Origin: an uncultured archaeon
Lineage (GTDB): Archaea; Asgardarchaeota; Lokiarchaeia; Sigyniarchaeales; SOKP01
Length of the DNA: 64,000 nucleotides
Direction: 5' to 3'
NCBI GenBank assembly: GCA_964388035.1
Contig: CAYLZE010000003.1
Coordinates: 56,521 to 120,520, forward strand
Below the pieces are notes generated by a model. That model had not been told where the DNA came from. It was given only the letters and a program-made list of their open reading frames with translations, and searched no databases. The position numbers and the translations under genes were made by a program. This document shows positions 39,781-50,976 of the stretch, piece after piece; the first letter of the stretch is position 1, and each line of letters starts with the position of its first letter.

Positions 39781-40072
39781 CTCTCATGCATCTCCTAATT
39801 AACCGTATATTTGTTCTATTTATGATATTTCACTTAAATTTATCGCTTTTTCAAAAATCATAAATTTATTAAAACCTGTTCCATGAAAGAATCAGTTCAT
39901 TTTTTAACTTAATATCTTTAATCTGGTATGGCATCCAAATAACCTTAGATTATTTAAACCAAAAGTTAATTTTTGTGAAAGGAAACAACTAATATTATTG
40001 TAAATAGGAAAATAATTATAAATAGAGTCATTTTTTTAAAAGATAACTAGAGAAATCACTGATTAGAAAAGT

Positions 40073-42058
40073 ATGATTATGAGTTACTTTAAAAATATTA
40101 TTTTATTTAAAGCAGAAGTAGATTTTTTTGATGTAAGTTTCTTTGAGGCAAATATTCCCCTTTGTTATTTAAGTGCGATAATAAAAGAACATGTAAATTC
40201 AGTTGAAATGCCCATCGACATGCGTGTTGACCCAGAACCTTATGGTAAATTAAGAAAGCACTTAGAAACCATGGTAAAAAATAGAATGAAGTGTGATCTG
40301 GTGGGAATCTCAACCATGACGGCTTCATTTCCAAATGCATTAAAGATTGCACGAATTGCAAAGGAATATGGTGCTTATGTAGTAATGGGGGGATATCATC
40401 CTTCTGCACTTCCCGAAGCGGTGTTAAAGTTCGATGATGTAGACGCTGTAGTTCGGGGAGAGGGAGAACTTACCTTTAAAGAATTAATTCTTAATGGTCC
40501 TTCGGAAAATGTGACGGGATTAAGTTATAAAGATGAGAACATGGTCATGCATCATAATCCCGATAGAGAAAAAAATCTGGATCTTGATTCCTTGCCATTT
40601 CCTGATAGAGCCCTACGTCCGGAAAATCCTATTTTTAGAAAACATGATGTAATCGTTACTTCCCGAGGATGTAATGGTACCTGCACGTTCTGCGCTAATA
40701 ATGCAGTGCATGGACGTTGGAGAGGACGATCTCCGCATAATGTGGTGGAAGAATTAGAAGCCTTGTATGAAAGCAATCCAGAACTCACAATTCATATATG
40801 GGATGCTAATTTCATGCAAGACCCTGAACGTGTTGCTAAAATAATTGATTTAGTTAAACAGAAAAACATTCAGTTTAAATATTTTTGTGAAATGCGGGTA
40901 GATCATATCATGAAATATCCGGATTTGATAGAAGGATTGTCCCAAATAGGAATGGAATGGATTGCTATAGGAATTGAGAGCCCGAATGATGAACGCCTGA
41001 AAAAATTGAAAAAAGGGATAACAACTAATACGATTGAAAAAGCTGTCAAGATATTAAAGGTAAACAACATAAAAATTATAGGATATTTAATGATTGGTGA
41101 TCCGGAAGAAACAAGAGAACAAATGATGAGATATCCCGATTATGCCACCGAAATAGGGATAGATAAAATAATGTTAGCAATACAAACACCGCATCCAGGA
41201 AGCCAACTCTTTGCAGATTTAGAGAAAAAAGGTGAAATTACTTCATATGATTGGGAAAAATATGATATCGGTCATTCCGTTGCAAAACTGAAACACATGA
41301 CGAATTCGGAGTGCGAACTCTTAATGGATTGGTGCTGGGGAAAATATTATACGCCGTTATGGGCATTTTCTCAGAAAGAATCACTAAAAGAAGCCATTTA
41401 TCTTTATTTATCTTTTGTATGGATTGGGTACCCTGGTTTTTTTATTCACGCCAGGCAGGGTGAAAATATTGAGCAGAATTTGAAGGCATACATCTCTGCA
41501 ATGAAAGGATATTATGATTTAGGCGATTATTATTTTAAAGATGCTAAATATCTTGAAGTCTTAAGAGGGTGCGATCTTCAAGTCACCTTCCAATTTAGCG
41601 ATGGAGAAAACATCTCGTTATTGTTTACAATTTCTAATCAAAAGAAATTGACGGTAGAGCTATTTAATGGTAAACATGCAGACGTATTCCTTAGTTATTC
41701 TATTACCGCAGAAGATTACATTAATATCATTAAATCTTTATCCATGCAGACCTGCACGCTGGTATACTGGGGAGGATACAATTTTGGAAATATTAAAGCG
41801 AATGTAAAAGTTTTTCGGGCATTTTCTCTAATGGTAATGAAGGCTTTGCATTTCAATACTATCAATTATAAAAAGATGTCTAAGTACCTGGTTTTAGGAA
41901 CCAAATTCATCCCCAATAAAATATACGAGTCAATAATCGAAGAAGCATCAGTTTTTAATAAAAAAGGTACATTGATTAATAAAATTTCTACATTAGGAAA
42001 GAACCTGATATATAAAACAATATTCTTTCCCTTTATAACAGTTGTTCCTGTGGAATAA
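40073..42058 (+). CDS. cobalamin-binding radical SAM protein with C-terminal extension
   Basis: GGYHPS, RGEGE, SRGCNGTCTFC, DANF, GIES. Confidence 0.92.
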   Translation: MIMSYFKNIILFKAEVDFFDVSFFEANIPLCYLSAIIKEHVNSVEMPIDMRVDPEPYGKLRKHLETMVKNRMKCDLVGISTMTASFPNALKIARIAKEYGAYVVMGGYHPSALPEAVLKFDDVDAVVRGEGELTFKELILNGPSENVTGLSYKDENMVMHHNPDREKNLDLDSLPFPDRALRPENPIFRKHDVIVTSRGCNGTCTFCANNAVHGRWRGRSPHNVVEELEALYESNPELTIHIWDANFMQDPERVAKIIDLVKQKNIQFKYFCEMRVDHIMKYPDLIEGLSQIGMEWIAIGIESPNDERLKKLKKGITTNTIEKAVKILKVNNIKIIGYLMIGDPEETREQMMRYPDYATEIGIDKIMLAIQTPHPGSQLFADLEKKGEITSYDWEKYDIGHSVAKLKHMTNSECELLMDWCWGKYYTPLWAFSQKESLKEAIYLYLSFVWIGYPGFFIHARQGENIEQNLKAYISAMKGYYDLGDYYFKDAKYLEVLRGCDLQVTFQFSDGENISLLFTISNQKKLTVELFNGKHADVFLSYSITAEDYINIIKSLSMQTCTLVYWGGYNFGNIKANVKVFRAFSLMVMKALHFNTINYKKMSKYLVLGTKFIPNKIYESIIEEASVFNKKGTLINKISTLGKNLIYKTIFFPFITVVPVE

Positions 42059-42335
42059 TAAAAAGTTTTTAAATAATACGTAGTGGAATTGTAAGAAAAA
42101 TTCACTCTCTTACTAATTTTTAATTTTTTTTGGTTTTCAATTTTTAGATGAATCTAATTTTGATATAAAAGTATTTTAATTTATCGTTTGATTTCCAATT
42201 TTACCCACTTCACTTTATTTGGTCGCCTTAAATATCTAACGATAGATCGTACGAAAATTTAGAAGAATAGCTTTTTATAGAATTTTGATGAAATTATAAT
42301 CAAAAACTAATTACAATTTAAATAGGGTTTTACAA

Positions 42336-43733
42336 ATGATACAAAAAGAAGAGGATTATAAGATAACTAAAATGACGACATTCTCTTATACCCTTGCTAA
42401 TTTTGGCGATAATTCCCTTCAACAGACGTTTAATTTTCTCCTTTTTACTTTCTACTATGCGGTTGTTGGCTTAAATGTAAATCTGATTACAATAGGCTTC
42501 ATTATCTGGAGTATCTGGAATTCTATTAATGACCCAATAATGGGAGCGTTATCTGACCGAACAAAAACTCGATGGGGCAGGAGAAAACCATACATCATTG
42601 CTGGGATCATACCAACTTGTATTATAATGGTTCTTTTATGGACTCCACCGAAAGATGGCTCTCAATTAACGATATTTCTTTATTTTCTAATAATTATACT
42701 TCTTTACGATACTTTTTACACGATGTTTAATCTAAATCAGATGAGTTTGTTTCCAGAAATGTACTTAAACTTGGAAGAAAGATCGAAGGCAAATACGATA
42801 CTTCAAGTAGGAACGGTATTGGCGTTAATTGTAGCATTCATTTCCCCCAGCATTTTTGTACCAAAATATGCTGATCCGCAATATTTCACTCAATATGCTT
42901 ATGCGGGATTATTTATCAGTATTATAGTTGCATTTTCGGTAATTATTTTTATCAAGTTTGGTCTCAAGGAACGAATAGAATTCTCCAAAGATTCCGAGAC
43001 TGCTCCTTCTTTTTTCAAATCTCTAAAATATTCCATTAAAAACAAGGCATTCGTGACATATATTATTGCTAATTATGGAATGTGGTATTCCTTTGGTCTT
43101 CTGACAACTTTAACACCGCTTTATGGGAGTTTTGTCTTGAATATTGATAATTCTCTCCTTATTTCACTTTTGCCGGGATTTTCCTTTATCTCTGCTATAT
43201 TTTTCATGATTATTTGGCAAAAAGTGTCGATTAAAATGGGTGTAAAGAAAGGGTTAATGATTGCATTAGGGAGCTTGTTAATAACTGCATTTCCTTTCAT
43301 GATCATAACTGATTATGTTCTTGGGATCATAATATTTATTATTGCAGGATTTACTCTTTCCGGAATGTTATTTTTCCGAAGAGTTACCTTAGCAGCAGTT
43401 ATAGACGATGATGAATTGAAAACGGGATTGAGAAGGGAAGGGGGATTTTATGGGATTGATGCCTTAATTACTAAATTCTCCACTATTGCGATTTTTCTAA
43501 CGATAAGCAGTGTATTTAACTCGGTGGGATGGGCCATCTTTAATCCTGTAGGAACCACGGAACAAACGGTGTTCGGCCTTCGAAGCTTAATGTACATATT
43601 TCCTGCTATTGCTTCGGTCATTGGTATAATTTCTATGTATTTCTTCCCAATTACCCGGGAAAGATATGACCAAATTAGCAAGGAAGCTGAGGAATTACAT
43701 AAAAAGAAAAAGGATATTGTATTGCAGAGCTAA
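42336..43733 (+). CDS. GPH-family MFS sugar/cation symporter
   Basis: NDPIMGALSDRTKTRWGRRKPY, ERSKAN, DDDELKTGLRREG. Confidence 0.92.
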   Translation: MIQKEEDYKITKMTTFSYTLANFGDNSLQQTFNFLLFTFYYAVVGLNVNLITIGFIIWSIWNSINDPIMGALSDRTKTRWGRRKPYIIAGIIPTCIIMVLLWTPPKDGSQLTIFLYFLIIILLYDTFYTMFNLNQMSLFPEMYLNLEERSKANTILQVGTVLALIVAFISPSIFVPKYADPQYFTQYAYAGLFISIIVAFSVIIFIKFGLKERIEFSKDSETAPSFFKSLKYSIKNKAFVTYIIANYGMWYSFGLLTTLTPLYGSFVLNIDNSLLISLLPGFSFISAIFFMIIWQKVSIKMGVKKGLMIALGSLLITAFPFMIITDYVLGIIIFIIAGFTLSGMLFFRRVTLAAVIDDDELKTGLRREGGFYGIDALITKFSTIAIFLTISSVFNSVGWAIFNPVGTTEQTVFGLRSLMYIFPAIASVIGIISMYFFPITRERYDQISKEAEELHKKKKDIVLQS

Positions 43734-43808
43734 TAAAGAATTGAGAAGGAATTTAAGATTATCACTTTTTATTACTATATATATATTTTTATATTATTTT
43801 TTTTCTCA

Positions 43809-46286
43809 GTGAAAATGTTAAATAAAGAAGTAGAAGCCGCTTTAAAAATCTCAGAATTAGTAGAAGAATTTTTGAAAAAAAATCCAATTGAAGCTGATAG
43901 AATTGATCTCAGCAAAATTAGAAAAAAGCTTAACAATTTAAAGAATTCTGAGCAAGATCAAGAAAAATATCTTCAATCGTTCAACCGAATTTTATTAAAG
44001 TTAGAGTCCTTTATTAAAATGAGGGTTATTCCTGAGATATATTACTTTTTCGGTTGTCACGGTGGAGTTATCATTAATGATATGGGATTTTGTGAATTTG
44101 ACTCTCCATCTTTTGCAATTAAACGACTATTAGAACAAATGAGGTTAGCAATTGAAACAAAACAACCTTATAATTTGGAAATCGCAACTTGTTGCATAGA
44201 ATGGCTTAATCAACACCATCCTGAAGAGATTTCTAAATTTTTAACCTTGTTAAAACAAGGGCAGTTCGAAGTGATAAATCCAACCTATTCTCAGCCATAT
44301 AATCTCTTAATTGGAGCAGAATCAAATATAAAACAATTTGAATTTGGTATAAGAGTTTTAAGGAACTTAGGAATCGAAAGGAATATATTTTATGCGTCTG
44401 AAAGTTCCATTCATCCTCAAATACCTCAAATTCTTAAGGGATTCAATATCCCCAAAGCATCCTTAAGAGCGAGACTCTTGGGTGTGAATCCTACTGCCCA
44501 TTCTGCTCGTGTTCATTGGATTGGGTTAGATAACACAAAAATCGATGCTTTAGTTGACCAATCCGGTCTATATAATGGAGAATACTTTCACGGGACATTT
44601 TTTAAGGAATTGCCCAATTTATTATTTCAAGCAGTCTCTCGTCCTTATTTAACTCAGATTCTTTATTCGTCGATTGAAGATTTTGTCATGCCCCTTCCAT
44701 ATCAAACCGAAGTTTGGACGATTTCTAAATATAGAGAAGTTTTTGGTAAATTCGTATCGTGCTCTGAAGCATTTAATTCTATTTTATTGAATAGTGAATA
44801 TAAATATTCAAGAGATCAGTTCATGATTGGCGATTACGTGTTTATACAATCAGATTTATTTTTTCATAATAAAAAGAGTGAAATCTTATTAATAACCGCT
44901 GAAATAATCAATAGCATTTTAGGCTTATATCAAGAAGTTGATAATGACACCTTTTTAGAAAATAATTGGAAAACATTGTTACTTACTCAAGCTCATGACT
45001 GTTATGCTGTACCCTTTGTCCGAACTGGTGATTATTCGAGTTCTCAGTTAAGTAAGGAAGTATTTGAAAGCTTAAATTTAACTCCATCTAATATAAACAT
45101 CTCTGAATTAAGTATTCAACTATTAAAAAAAATAGAAGCAGAATGTCAACATTTCATAAAAAAATGTTTAAATACTATTTCTAAAAGTATAAAGATCGAA
45201 GACGATGTAGAAAACATTATAGAAAATTTCTTAATTTTTAATCCTACAAATATTCCGAGAAGAGAATTTTGTCAGATCACGTATATATTGCCAGCATCAG
45301 AAGAAATTTCATTAATTCATAAAAATCAAGAAATTTGTTATCAATATCAGGACAAATTATTAACATTCATGGCAGAAGTACCTGCTTTCGGATATTCCAT
45401 TGTTTCATTGGTAAATACCAGAGAAAATCGTGATGAAAAAGTACCGATCTTTTTTTATGAAGTTTTTATCCTTAATGACAATAAAACAATCCGAGTAAAA
45501 TTTAAGAATAAACTACTCTTTGAAATTGCCTTTAATTGTAGCCTCGAGAATGAACTATTCATTCAGAACCAACTGTCAGATAATTGTGTTCAGTCCGTAA
45601 AAATTTTTGGAAAATTCAAGAATAATGATAATCAATTTGAGTTAATCATTACTCAATTTGACCAATCGAATAGATTAGAGTTCAAATTAAACGCGATTTC
45701 TATAAATGAAATAATTTTACAGCCTGGAATTGAAATTATAGAAAGCTATATAAATTATCCCTTTGGGATTGAGAAAACAGATAGAACCAAAATTCAAACC
45801 CTAGATTTTTTATGGTTAAAAGGGCTAGCCCAAGGTATTCTCTTCATTCAAAAGAATAGTCAACAATTCATTATTAATCAAGAGTCTTTTGAAATAAGGA
45901 ATATAATTAAGAAAAATGGAGAATATGAATTTTCTATTTCTTGTACAAAAAGCAAGGATTATTCTTCGATATTAAATGAAGTCTATTCCTATTATTATAA
46001 TCTCGCAAGCATATGTTTAGGAGGAAAAAAAAATTTTAAAGAAAAAACGAAATCGTTTCTAAAAGTTAATCCGACCTTTTCAGTTATTAATTTATGGAGA
46101 AGGAAGAATGAAATCTTTTTTAGAATTTTCAATCCCAGCGAAATACCGAGAGAAACCCAATTTAAGGGGGACTTATTCAGAAATAAAATTTATATTTTAA
46201 ATTTAGCTAATGTACAAATTTCATCCCAAAAGAGTGATAAATTAATAGTAGAACCATGGAAAATAATAACATTTAAATTTAGCTAA
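43809..46286 (+). CDS. GH38-like glycoside hydrolase (divergent)
   Basis: TYSQP...IGAESNIKQF..G, QIPQIL..F, WIGLD, QAHD, IFNP, VPAFGY, RIFNP, PWKIITF. Confidence 0.65.
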   Translation: MKMLNKEVEAALKISELVEEFLKKNPIEADRIDLSKIRKKLNNLKNSEQDQEKYLQSFNRILLKLESFIKMRVIPEIYYFFGCHGGVIINDMGFCEFDSPSFAIKRLLEQMRLAIETKQPYNLEIATCCIEWLNQHHPEEISKFLTLLKQGQFEVINPTYSQPYNLLIGAESNIKQFEFGIRVLRNLGIERNIFYASESSIHPQIPQILKGFNIPKASLRARLLGVNPTAHSARVHWIGLDNTKIDALVDQSGLYNGEYFHGTFFKELPNLLFQAVSRPYLTQILYSSIEDFVMPLPYQTEVWTISKYREVFGKFVSCSEAFNSILLNSEYKYSRDQFMIGDYVFIQSDLFFHNKKSEILLITAEIINSILGLYQEVDNDTFLENNWKTLLLTQAHDCYAVPFVRTGDYSSSQLSKEVFESLNLTPSNINISELSIQLLKKIEAECQHFIKKCLNTISKSIKIEDDVENIIENFLIFNPTNIPRREFCQITYILPASEEISLIHKNQEICYQYQDKLLTFMAEVPAFGYSIVSLVNTRENRDEKVPIFFYEVFILNDNKTIRVKFKNKLLFEIAFNCSLENELFIQNQLSDNCVQSVKIFGKFKNNDNQFELIITQFDQSNRLEFKLNAISINEIILQPGIEIIESYINYPFGIEKTDRTKIQTLDFLWLKGLAQGILFIQKNSQQFIINQESFEIRNIIKKNGEYEFSISCTKSKDYSSILNEVYSYYYNLASICLGGKKNFKEKTKSFLKVNPTFSVINLWRRKNEIFFRIFNPSEIPRETQFKGDLFRNKIYILNLANVQISSQKSDKLIVEPWKIITFKFS

Positions 46287-46492
46287 GTTTGATAGATTTC
46301 AAATCTATTTGAAAATAAGAGGAGAGAATTAAAGATTATTAGTGATTGATCATTGGTCTTTTTTTATTAGAACATCTTTCATTTTTAAAATACCATGAGG
46401 AATCTTCTTTAAAGGATATTAAAAATGAAAAAACTTGTTTAAATAAAAGTGGAAGAAATCCTAATATATTATTATCTATTTGTTATAAATCC

Positions 46493-46930
46493 CTACTTAG
46501 AAGGTCCTAATAATTTAATCTTTTTTTCTGAATTAAAATGTCGTTCCATAGAAAGAAAGTCTGTTCTAAGAATGGCAATTTCTGCGAGATAAGCTACTTC
46601 ACTTTCTGGTTCCAAATGTCCTCCAAAAACATATTTATCCTTGTTAGAGACAGTAATATGCAAATGAGGTTCTCTATTTGCAATAACACCACTAACACTT
46701 AACAATTCAAGTGGCATTTCCAAATGATAAACTGAATCGGAGGGCGGAAAATCAACATGATTGATATAATGCATATTACACGTTTTTAATGTTCCAATAC
46801 CAGACACTACTACACCATTTTGGATATTGAATTGCTCTATTGCTTGATTAATACTCTCTAGAAGCATTTCTCCAGGTTCTATACCCAAGATGATAAATTC
46901 TGCATTACCTTTTCCTTTTATACCTTTCAT
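46493..46930 (-). CDS. PPC/DUF296 domain protein
   Basis: SGIGTL, ELLSVSG, HLHITVS, GGHL. Confidence 0.88.
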   Translation of the reverse strand: MKGIKGKGNAEFIILGIEPGEMLLESINQAIEQFNIQNGVVVSGIGTLKTCNMHYINHVDFPPSDSVYHLEMPLELLSVSGVIANREPHLHITVSNKDKYVFGGHLEPESEVAYLAEIAILRTDFLSMERHFNSEKKIKLLGPSK

Positions 46931-46962
46931 TTTTTAATCCTCCTTAAAATTATGACTTAATA

Positions 46963-47676
46963 TTACAAGGTTGCATCATTATCCATTCCCAAGACTTTAT
47001 AATGGGACCTACGAACCTTCTTATCACGTTGATGTTCTTCATGTGCATATTTAGCTACTTCAACAGCGATTTCCTGGGGTACCACAATAACACCGTCTCC
47101 ATCTGCAACTATAACATCTTCTGGATTTATAGTAACACCTCCTACTATTATTGGAATGTCACACGCATCATATTGTAAGCGCCCTTGTACCATTGATTGA
47201 CTGATAATTGCAGTCCAAAAAGGGATTTTTTCCAAAATCACTTCATCCGTATCACGAACTCCTCCATTAGTCACATATCCTCTAGCTCCTTTTATTCTTC
47301 CCAATAATGAATTTTCGGATCCCATTAAACCAGCATTTACGCCAGATGCATCAATTACAATAAAATCTCCTACCTGTATGGTTGGCATCCAATCATAGGA
47401 ACATATCTTTCGATAATACATTCTTGCCCATTTCATGTACTTTTCGGGCTTGATATCCGGAATGTTTCCTTGAAAAGGAAGATATCGTACTGTTTTGGCT
47501 AAACCATGAGTTCTAGTTCTGAAAAGAGGGCGAATATTTGGATTCATGGAACCATAATCATGATACATTAAAGTGTCCATTCCATCTCGCACGTCAGCGA
47601 CCCGTAATCCTTTAAATAAATCTAATAATTCTTTTCTTTTCGTTTTTTCCATATTTGTAAACCTTGATAATTTCAA
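46963..47676 (-). CDS. RraA / HMG aldolase family protein
   Basis: VADVRDGMD, GGVRDTDE, VIVADGDGVIVVP. Confidence 0.88.
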   Translation of the reverse strand: MKLSRFTNMEKTKRKELLDLFKGLRVADVRDGMDTLMYHDYGSMNPNIRPLFRTRTHGLAKTVRYLPFQGNIPDIKPEKYMKWARMYYRKICSYDWMPTIQVGDFIVIDASGVNAGLMGSENSLLGRIKGARGYVTNGGVRDTDEVILEKIPFWTAIISQSMVQGRLQYDACDIPIIVGGVTINPEDVIVADGDGVIVVPQEIAVEVAKYAHEEHQRDKKVRRSHYKVLGMDNDATL

Positions 47677-47949
47677 TCAGGTTATTATATTATAGATTTT
47701 AGTTAATTTTTGAAATTTTTTCTTAATACTTTAAGTTTACCTAAACTTGACTAATATGAATTAATTTTCTATGTTTCTTAACATTTGGAGATTTCTTCTA
47801 AAAAGCATTAGAATGTCTTGATAGAATAGAATTGAAGAATTAATGGATTTTTATGAAATAAAATAAAACCAATTGTGAAAAAGTAATATTAAATATTTTT
47901 ATTTATTCAATTAATCAATTAATACCCATCAAATTAATATGCGTTAATT

Positions 47950-49254
47950 ATGAGTTCCCAGAAAATTGTAATAATAGGAGCAGGTTCACTTCAATTTGGA
48001 TTAGGTTCAGCAGGAAGCATATTTGAATGCGAAACTTTAACAGGATCCACACTTTGCCTGCATGATATCAACAAAACGAATTTAGAATTAGCCACTCAAG
48101 CATGTCAATTAGCTGTTAATAAAAAACATTTAGACTTTACAGTTCAATCCACTCTTGATCGAAAAGAGGCTTTGCAAAATGCTGATTTTATTATAAGTGC
48201 TATTGAAATACCTCCCCGTTTTGGGCTCTTGAGATGGGATTTTGAGTTTCCCATCATGTTCGGGAGCACCCAAATTACCGGAGAAAATGGGGGCCCCGGT
48301 GGTTTTTTCCACTCCTTACGGGTGATTCCCCCGATTTTAGATATCTGTGAAGATATTCAAAAAATATGTCCTAATGCCTTATTTATTAATTATTCTAATC
48401 CCATGAGCAGGATATGCCTGGCAATAAAAAGGAAATTTCCCAATCAAAAATTTGTTGGGTTATGCCATGAAATTCTCGAAGTACAAGCATCGCTTCCAAG
48501 AATTCTCAATACTCCTTTTTCCAATATAGAGATCAAAGCCGGTGGATTAAATCATTTTGGAGTAGTTTTAGAAGCAAAATATAGGGATGGTGGAAAGGAT
48601 GCCTATCCAGATATTAGAAGAAATGCTATACCGATACTTGAAGAATTAGGGCAAGGGAGAGATTTTAAACTTATAAAGTTCATTTTGGAAACTTATGGTT
48701 ATTTGCCCTATACCACTGATAATCATTATGGAGAATATTTATCTTGGTCATGGGAAATGGCAGATTTACCGAGGGGAAGGGAGTTTTGGGAGAGTTATGA
48801 GAAATATTCTGCTAAGAAATATGAGAGAATTAAAAGACTCATAGTAAAAGGAAAAGGAGATAAACTAGTAAAACCAGATGGAGAGAGAGCTATTCCAATT
48901 ATTGAAGGAATTTTAAAAAACAGTAATCACGAAGAACTATCCGTTAATCTTCCCAATAATGGGGTAATTACCAATTTACCGCATGATCTTGTTGTTGAAT
49001 GTCCTGCGATAGTAAATAAAGAAGGATTACATCCAGTAAAATTGGGGGACTATCCCAAGGGATTAGCAGCTCTTCTTAGAACTCAAGCTTCCGTTCAAGA
49101 TCTTGTAGTGGAAGCAATCCTTAATAAATCCAAAAAAATTGCTTATCAAGCTTTACTCGCCGATCCTGTCATAAATAATGCAACTCAAGCTAAAAAAATC
49201 TTAGAATCCATGTTAAACCTACAGAAAGATTACATTCAAATTGAATTGGAATAA
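47950..49254 (+). CDS. family 4 glycoside hydrolase (alpha-galactosidase/glucosidase)
   Basis: IIGAGS, GENGGPGG, NYSNPM, GLCHE, GLNHF, VECPA. Confidence 0.93.
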   Translation: MSSQKIVIIGAGSLQFGLGSAGSIFECETLTGSTLCLHDINKTNLELATQACQLAVNKKHLDFTVQSTLDRKEALQNADFIISAIEIPPRFGLLRWDFEFPIMFGSTQITGENGGPGGFFHSLRVIPPILDICEDIQKICPNALFINYSNPMSRICLAIKRKFPNQKFVGLCHEILEVQASLPRILNTPFSNIEIKAGGLNHFGVVLEAKYRDGGKDAYPDIRRNAIPILEELGQGRDFKLIKFILETYGYLPYTTDNHYGEYLSWSWEMADLPRGREFWESYEKYSAKKYERIKRLIVKGKGDKLVKPDGERAIPIIEGILKNSNHEELSVNLPNNGVITNLPHDLVVECPAIVNKEGLHPVKLGDYPKGLAALLRTQASVQDLVVEAILNKSKKIAYQALLADPVINNATQAKKILESMLNLQKDYIQIELE

Positions 49255-49302
49255 GATGATAAAAGAAGGATGGGAAAATATACCAATTATTAGGCCCTAA
49301 GT

Positions 49303-50130
49303 TCAAGTTCCTTGGTCTCTGTTGGCAATAATTAAGCAGATTTTAAATAACATATAAAAATCTATTATATTCTCACAAGTGAAAGCAACCGTAGTCGAAT
49401 CTTTCCTTTCTACGGATGGAATCAATGCTGCAGATGCGGCTTTTGAAGTGGTTTTAAATTGAATTTCCCCTTTTATATTATTTCCTATCTTTAATGGTTT
49501 ATATTGGCTTAAATTTTCCAAGGCCTCTTTTGCGGCCTCTTGAATTAATTTAGACGTCTTTACTGGTGTTAAACATTTAGCAACGTACATATCAATACTT
49601 TTCTTTACTTCTACAGTTTCAACAGAACCTAGTAGATTTCTGGCTTCTAAACACAACTTATCATCCCCGCTCACTAATATGACAGGTACACCAAAATGAC
49701 CTGCTACATACGAATTTAGTCCCAACTCACCTATTAAGTTCTTATTTAGCCAGAGATTAAATACTTGAGCACTGGACATGGTATGATTCAAAATAGCTTC
49801 GGGAGTGCCTGCTCTAGCATGATATCCTATAAAAAATGCAGCATTAAAATCATTACTTATTCCTTCCATCATTCCTAAAAACTGGGTAGGCCCCGAGATC
49901 ATTTCGGCCTCGGAATGAAGATCTTCTAATAATATATTTTTTTTGGTATCGTGAGCTTCATTAACTATTACTTTTGTTGCGCCTCCCTTAATAGCCCCTT
50001 CAATTGCAGCATTTACATCTTGAGTTAACAACTTTCGGAACCTTTCATAAGAAGCTTCACCCACGGTTACATCTTTCCATCCCGTGACCCCTGTTGCTCC
50101 CTCCATATCTGCTGAGATATACACCTTCAT
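49303..50130 (-). CDS. dppA: M55 D-aminopeptidase (DppA-like)
   Basis: ISADMEG, EAH, GYHARAG, HT, GE, SGDD. Confidence 0.9.
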   Translation of the reverse strand: MKVYISADMEGATGVTGWKDVTVGEASYERFRKLLTQDVNAAIEGAIKGGATKVIVNEAHDTKKNILLEDLHSEAEMISGPTQFLGMMEGISNDFNAAFFIGYHARAGTPEAILNHTMSSAQVFNLWLNKNLIGELGLNSYVAGHFGVPVILVSGDDKLCLEARNLLGSVETVEVKKSIDMYVAKCLTPVKTSKLIQEAAKEALENLSQYKPLKIGNNIKGEIQFKTTSKAASAALIPSVERKDSTTVAFTCENIIDFYMLFKICLIIANRDQGT

Positions 50131-50242
50131 GGTTAGTATAAATAAGCGTTCCGTACAATTTTAAGTTATATATATCTGAGATTTCACCCATTAAATTTGA
50201 TAATCTCCCACTTTTTCCTTACTTCCAAGGTAAAGGTTCTAA

Positions 50243-50473
50243 CTTTTATATGACTTATTCTTAGAAAATAAAGCAGTTATTACTATTTATAACAGTAAAT
50301 CCATGTCTGCTATCATATTCAGTAAAGAGAAATTGATATATATTAAGCTCTCATTAGCACTTTTTGCTCAGAAAGTCGAGGCTCTCTATTCCCATATATT
50401 AGGTAAATGGGACGGAGATACAAGCATCTTTAATCCCGTTGGAATAATCATTAATGAAATTTTCATTGGTTAA
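50243..50473 (+). pseudogene. remnant C-terminal part of an Asgard longin-like domain
   Basis: Hand translation ..ENKAVITIYNSKSMSAIIFSKEKL..FAQKVEALYSHILGKWDGDTSIFNPV..INEIF*; W.G...F.P motif as in 28344; N-terminal half absent. Confidence 0.45.
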
Positions 50474-50562
50474 TCAAAATGGATTTTTTTCTATTTTCGT
50501 CTCTCTACACGATGTTTTTTGTTGTAAGAGAATTGTAAACACCCTTCAAATGGAGTATATAA

Positions 50563-50724
50563 TTACTTTTGATATTTTTTTTCCCATTCTTTTTGTTTTT
50601 TTATCGGGTCGTCTCTCATCTCGCACTTATGATGGATTTCATCCTGCTTAAGAAATTCTTGATCTAGCAAGTCATCCAAATCATCTTCAGATTTTTCCTT
50701 TTCTTTTTTTTTATCATCTGCCAT
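50563..50724 (-). CDS. small highly charged protein (53 aa), not in ORF track
   Basis: MADDKKKEKEKSEDDLDDLLDQEFLKQDEIHHKCEMRDDPIKKQKEWEKKYQK*; GGATGGT upstream; purine-rich coding bias. Confidence 0.6.
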   Translation of the reverse strand: MADDKKKEKEKSEDDLDDLLDQEFLKQDEIHHKCEMRDDPIKKQKEWEKKYQK

Positions 50725-50976
50725 TTTATTATACCATCCATTAATGAAATAAAGAAATGATATATTAATTCAGTGATCCCAAAAATCTAAGGAATATGAA
50801 ATTACTGTTAATAAAAAATAATAATTTTAACACTTTTATTTCTCGAATGTATTGGAAAGTATCGGAAAATTCTGGGAATTATAAGGATTTTTTGTTTTTT
50901 CATCATTTACAAACTAAGGTTTATATTGGTTTACTTATAAGTGCAATTATAAGAAATTAATATTCATGTTTATAAA

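Noticed and set aside
46292-46308. Palindrome ATAGATTT-C-AAATCTAT just after the GH38-like stop
   Set aside because: Single AT-rich copy with a 1-nt spacer; plausible by chance and no second instance noticed.
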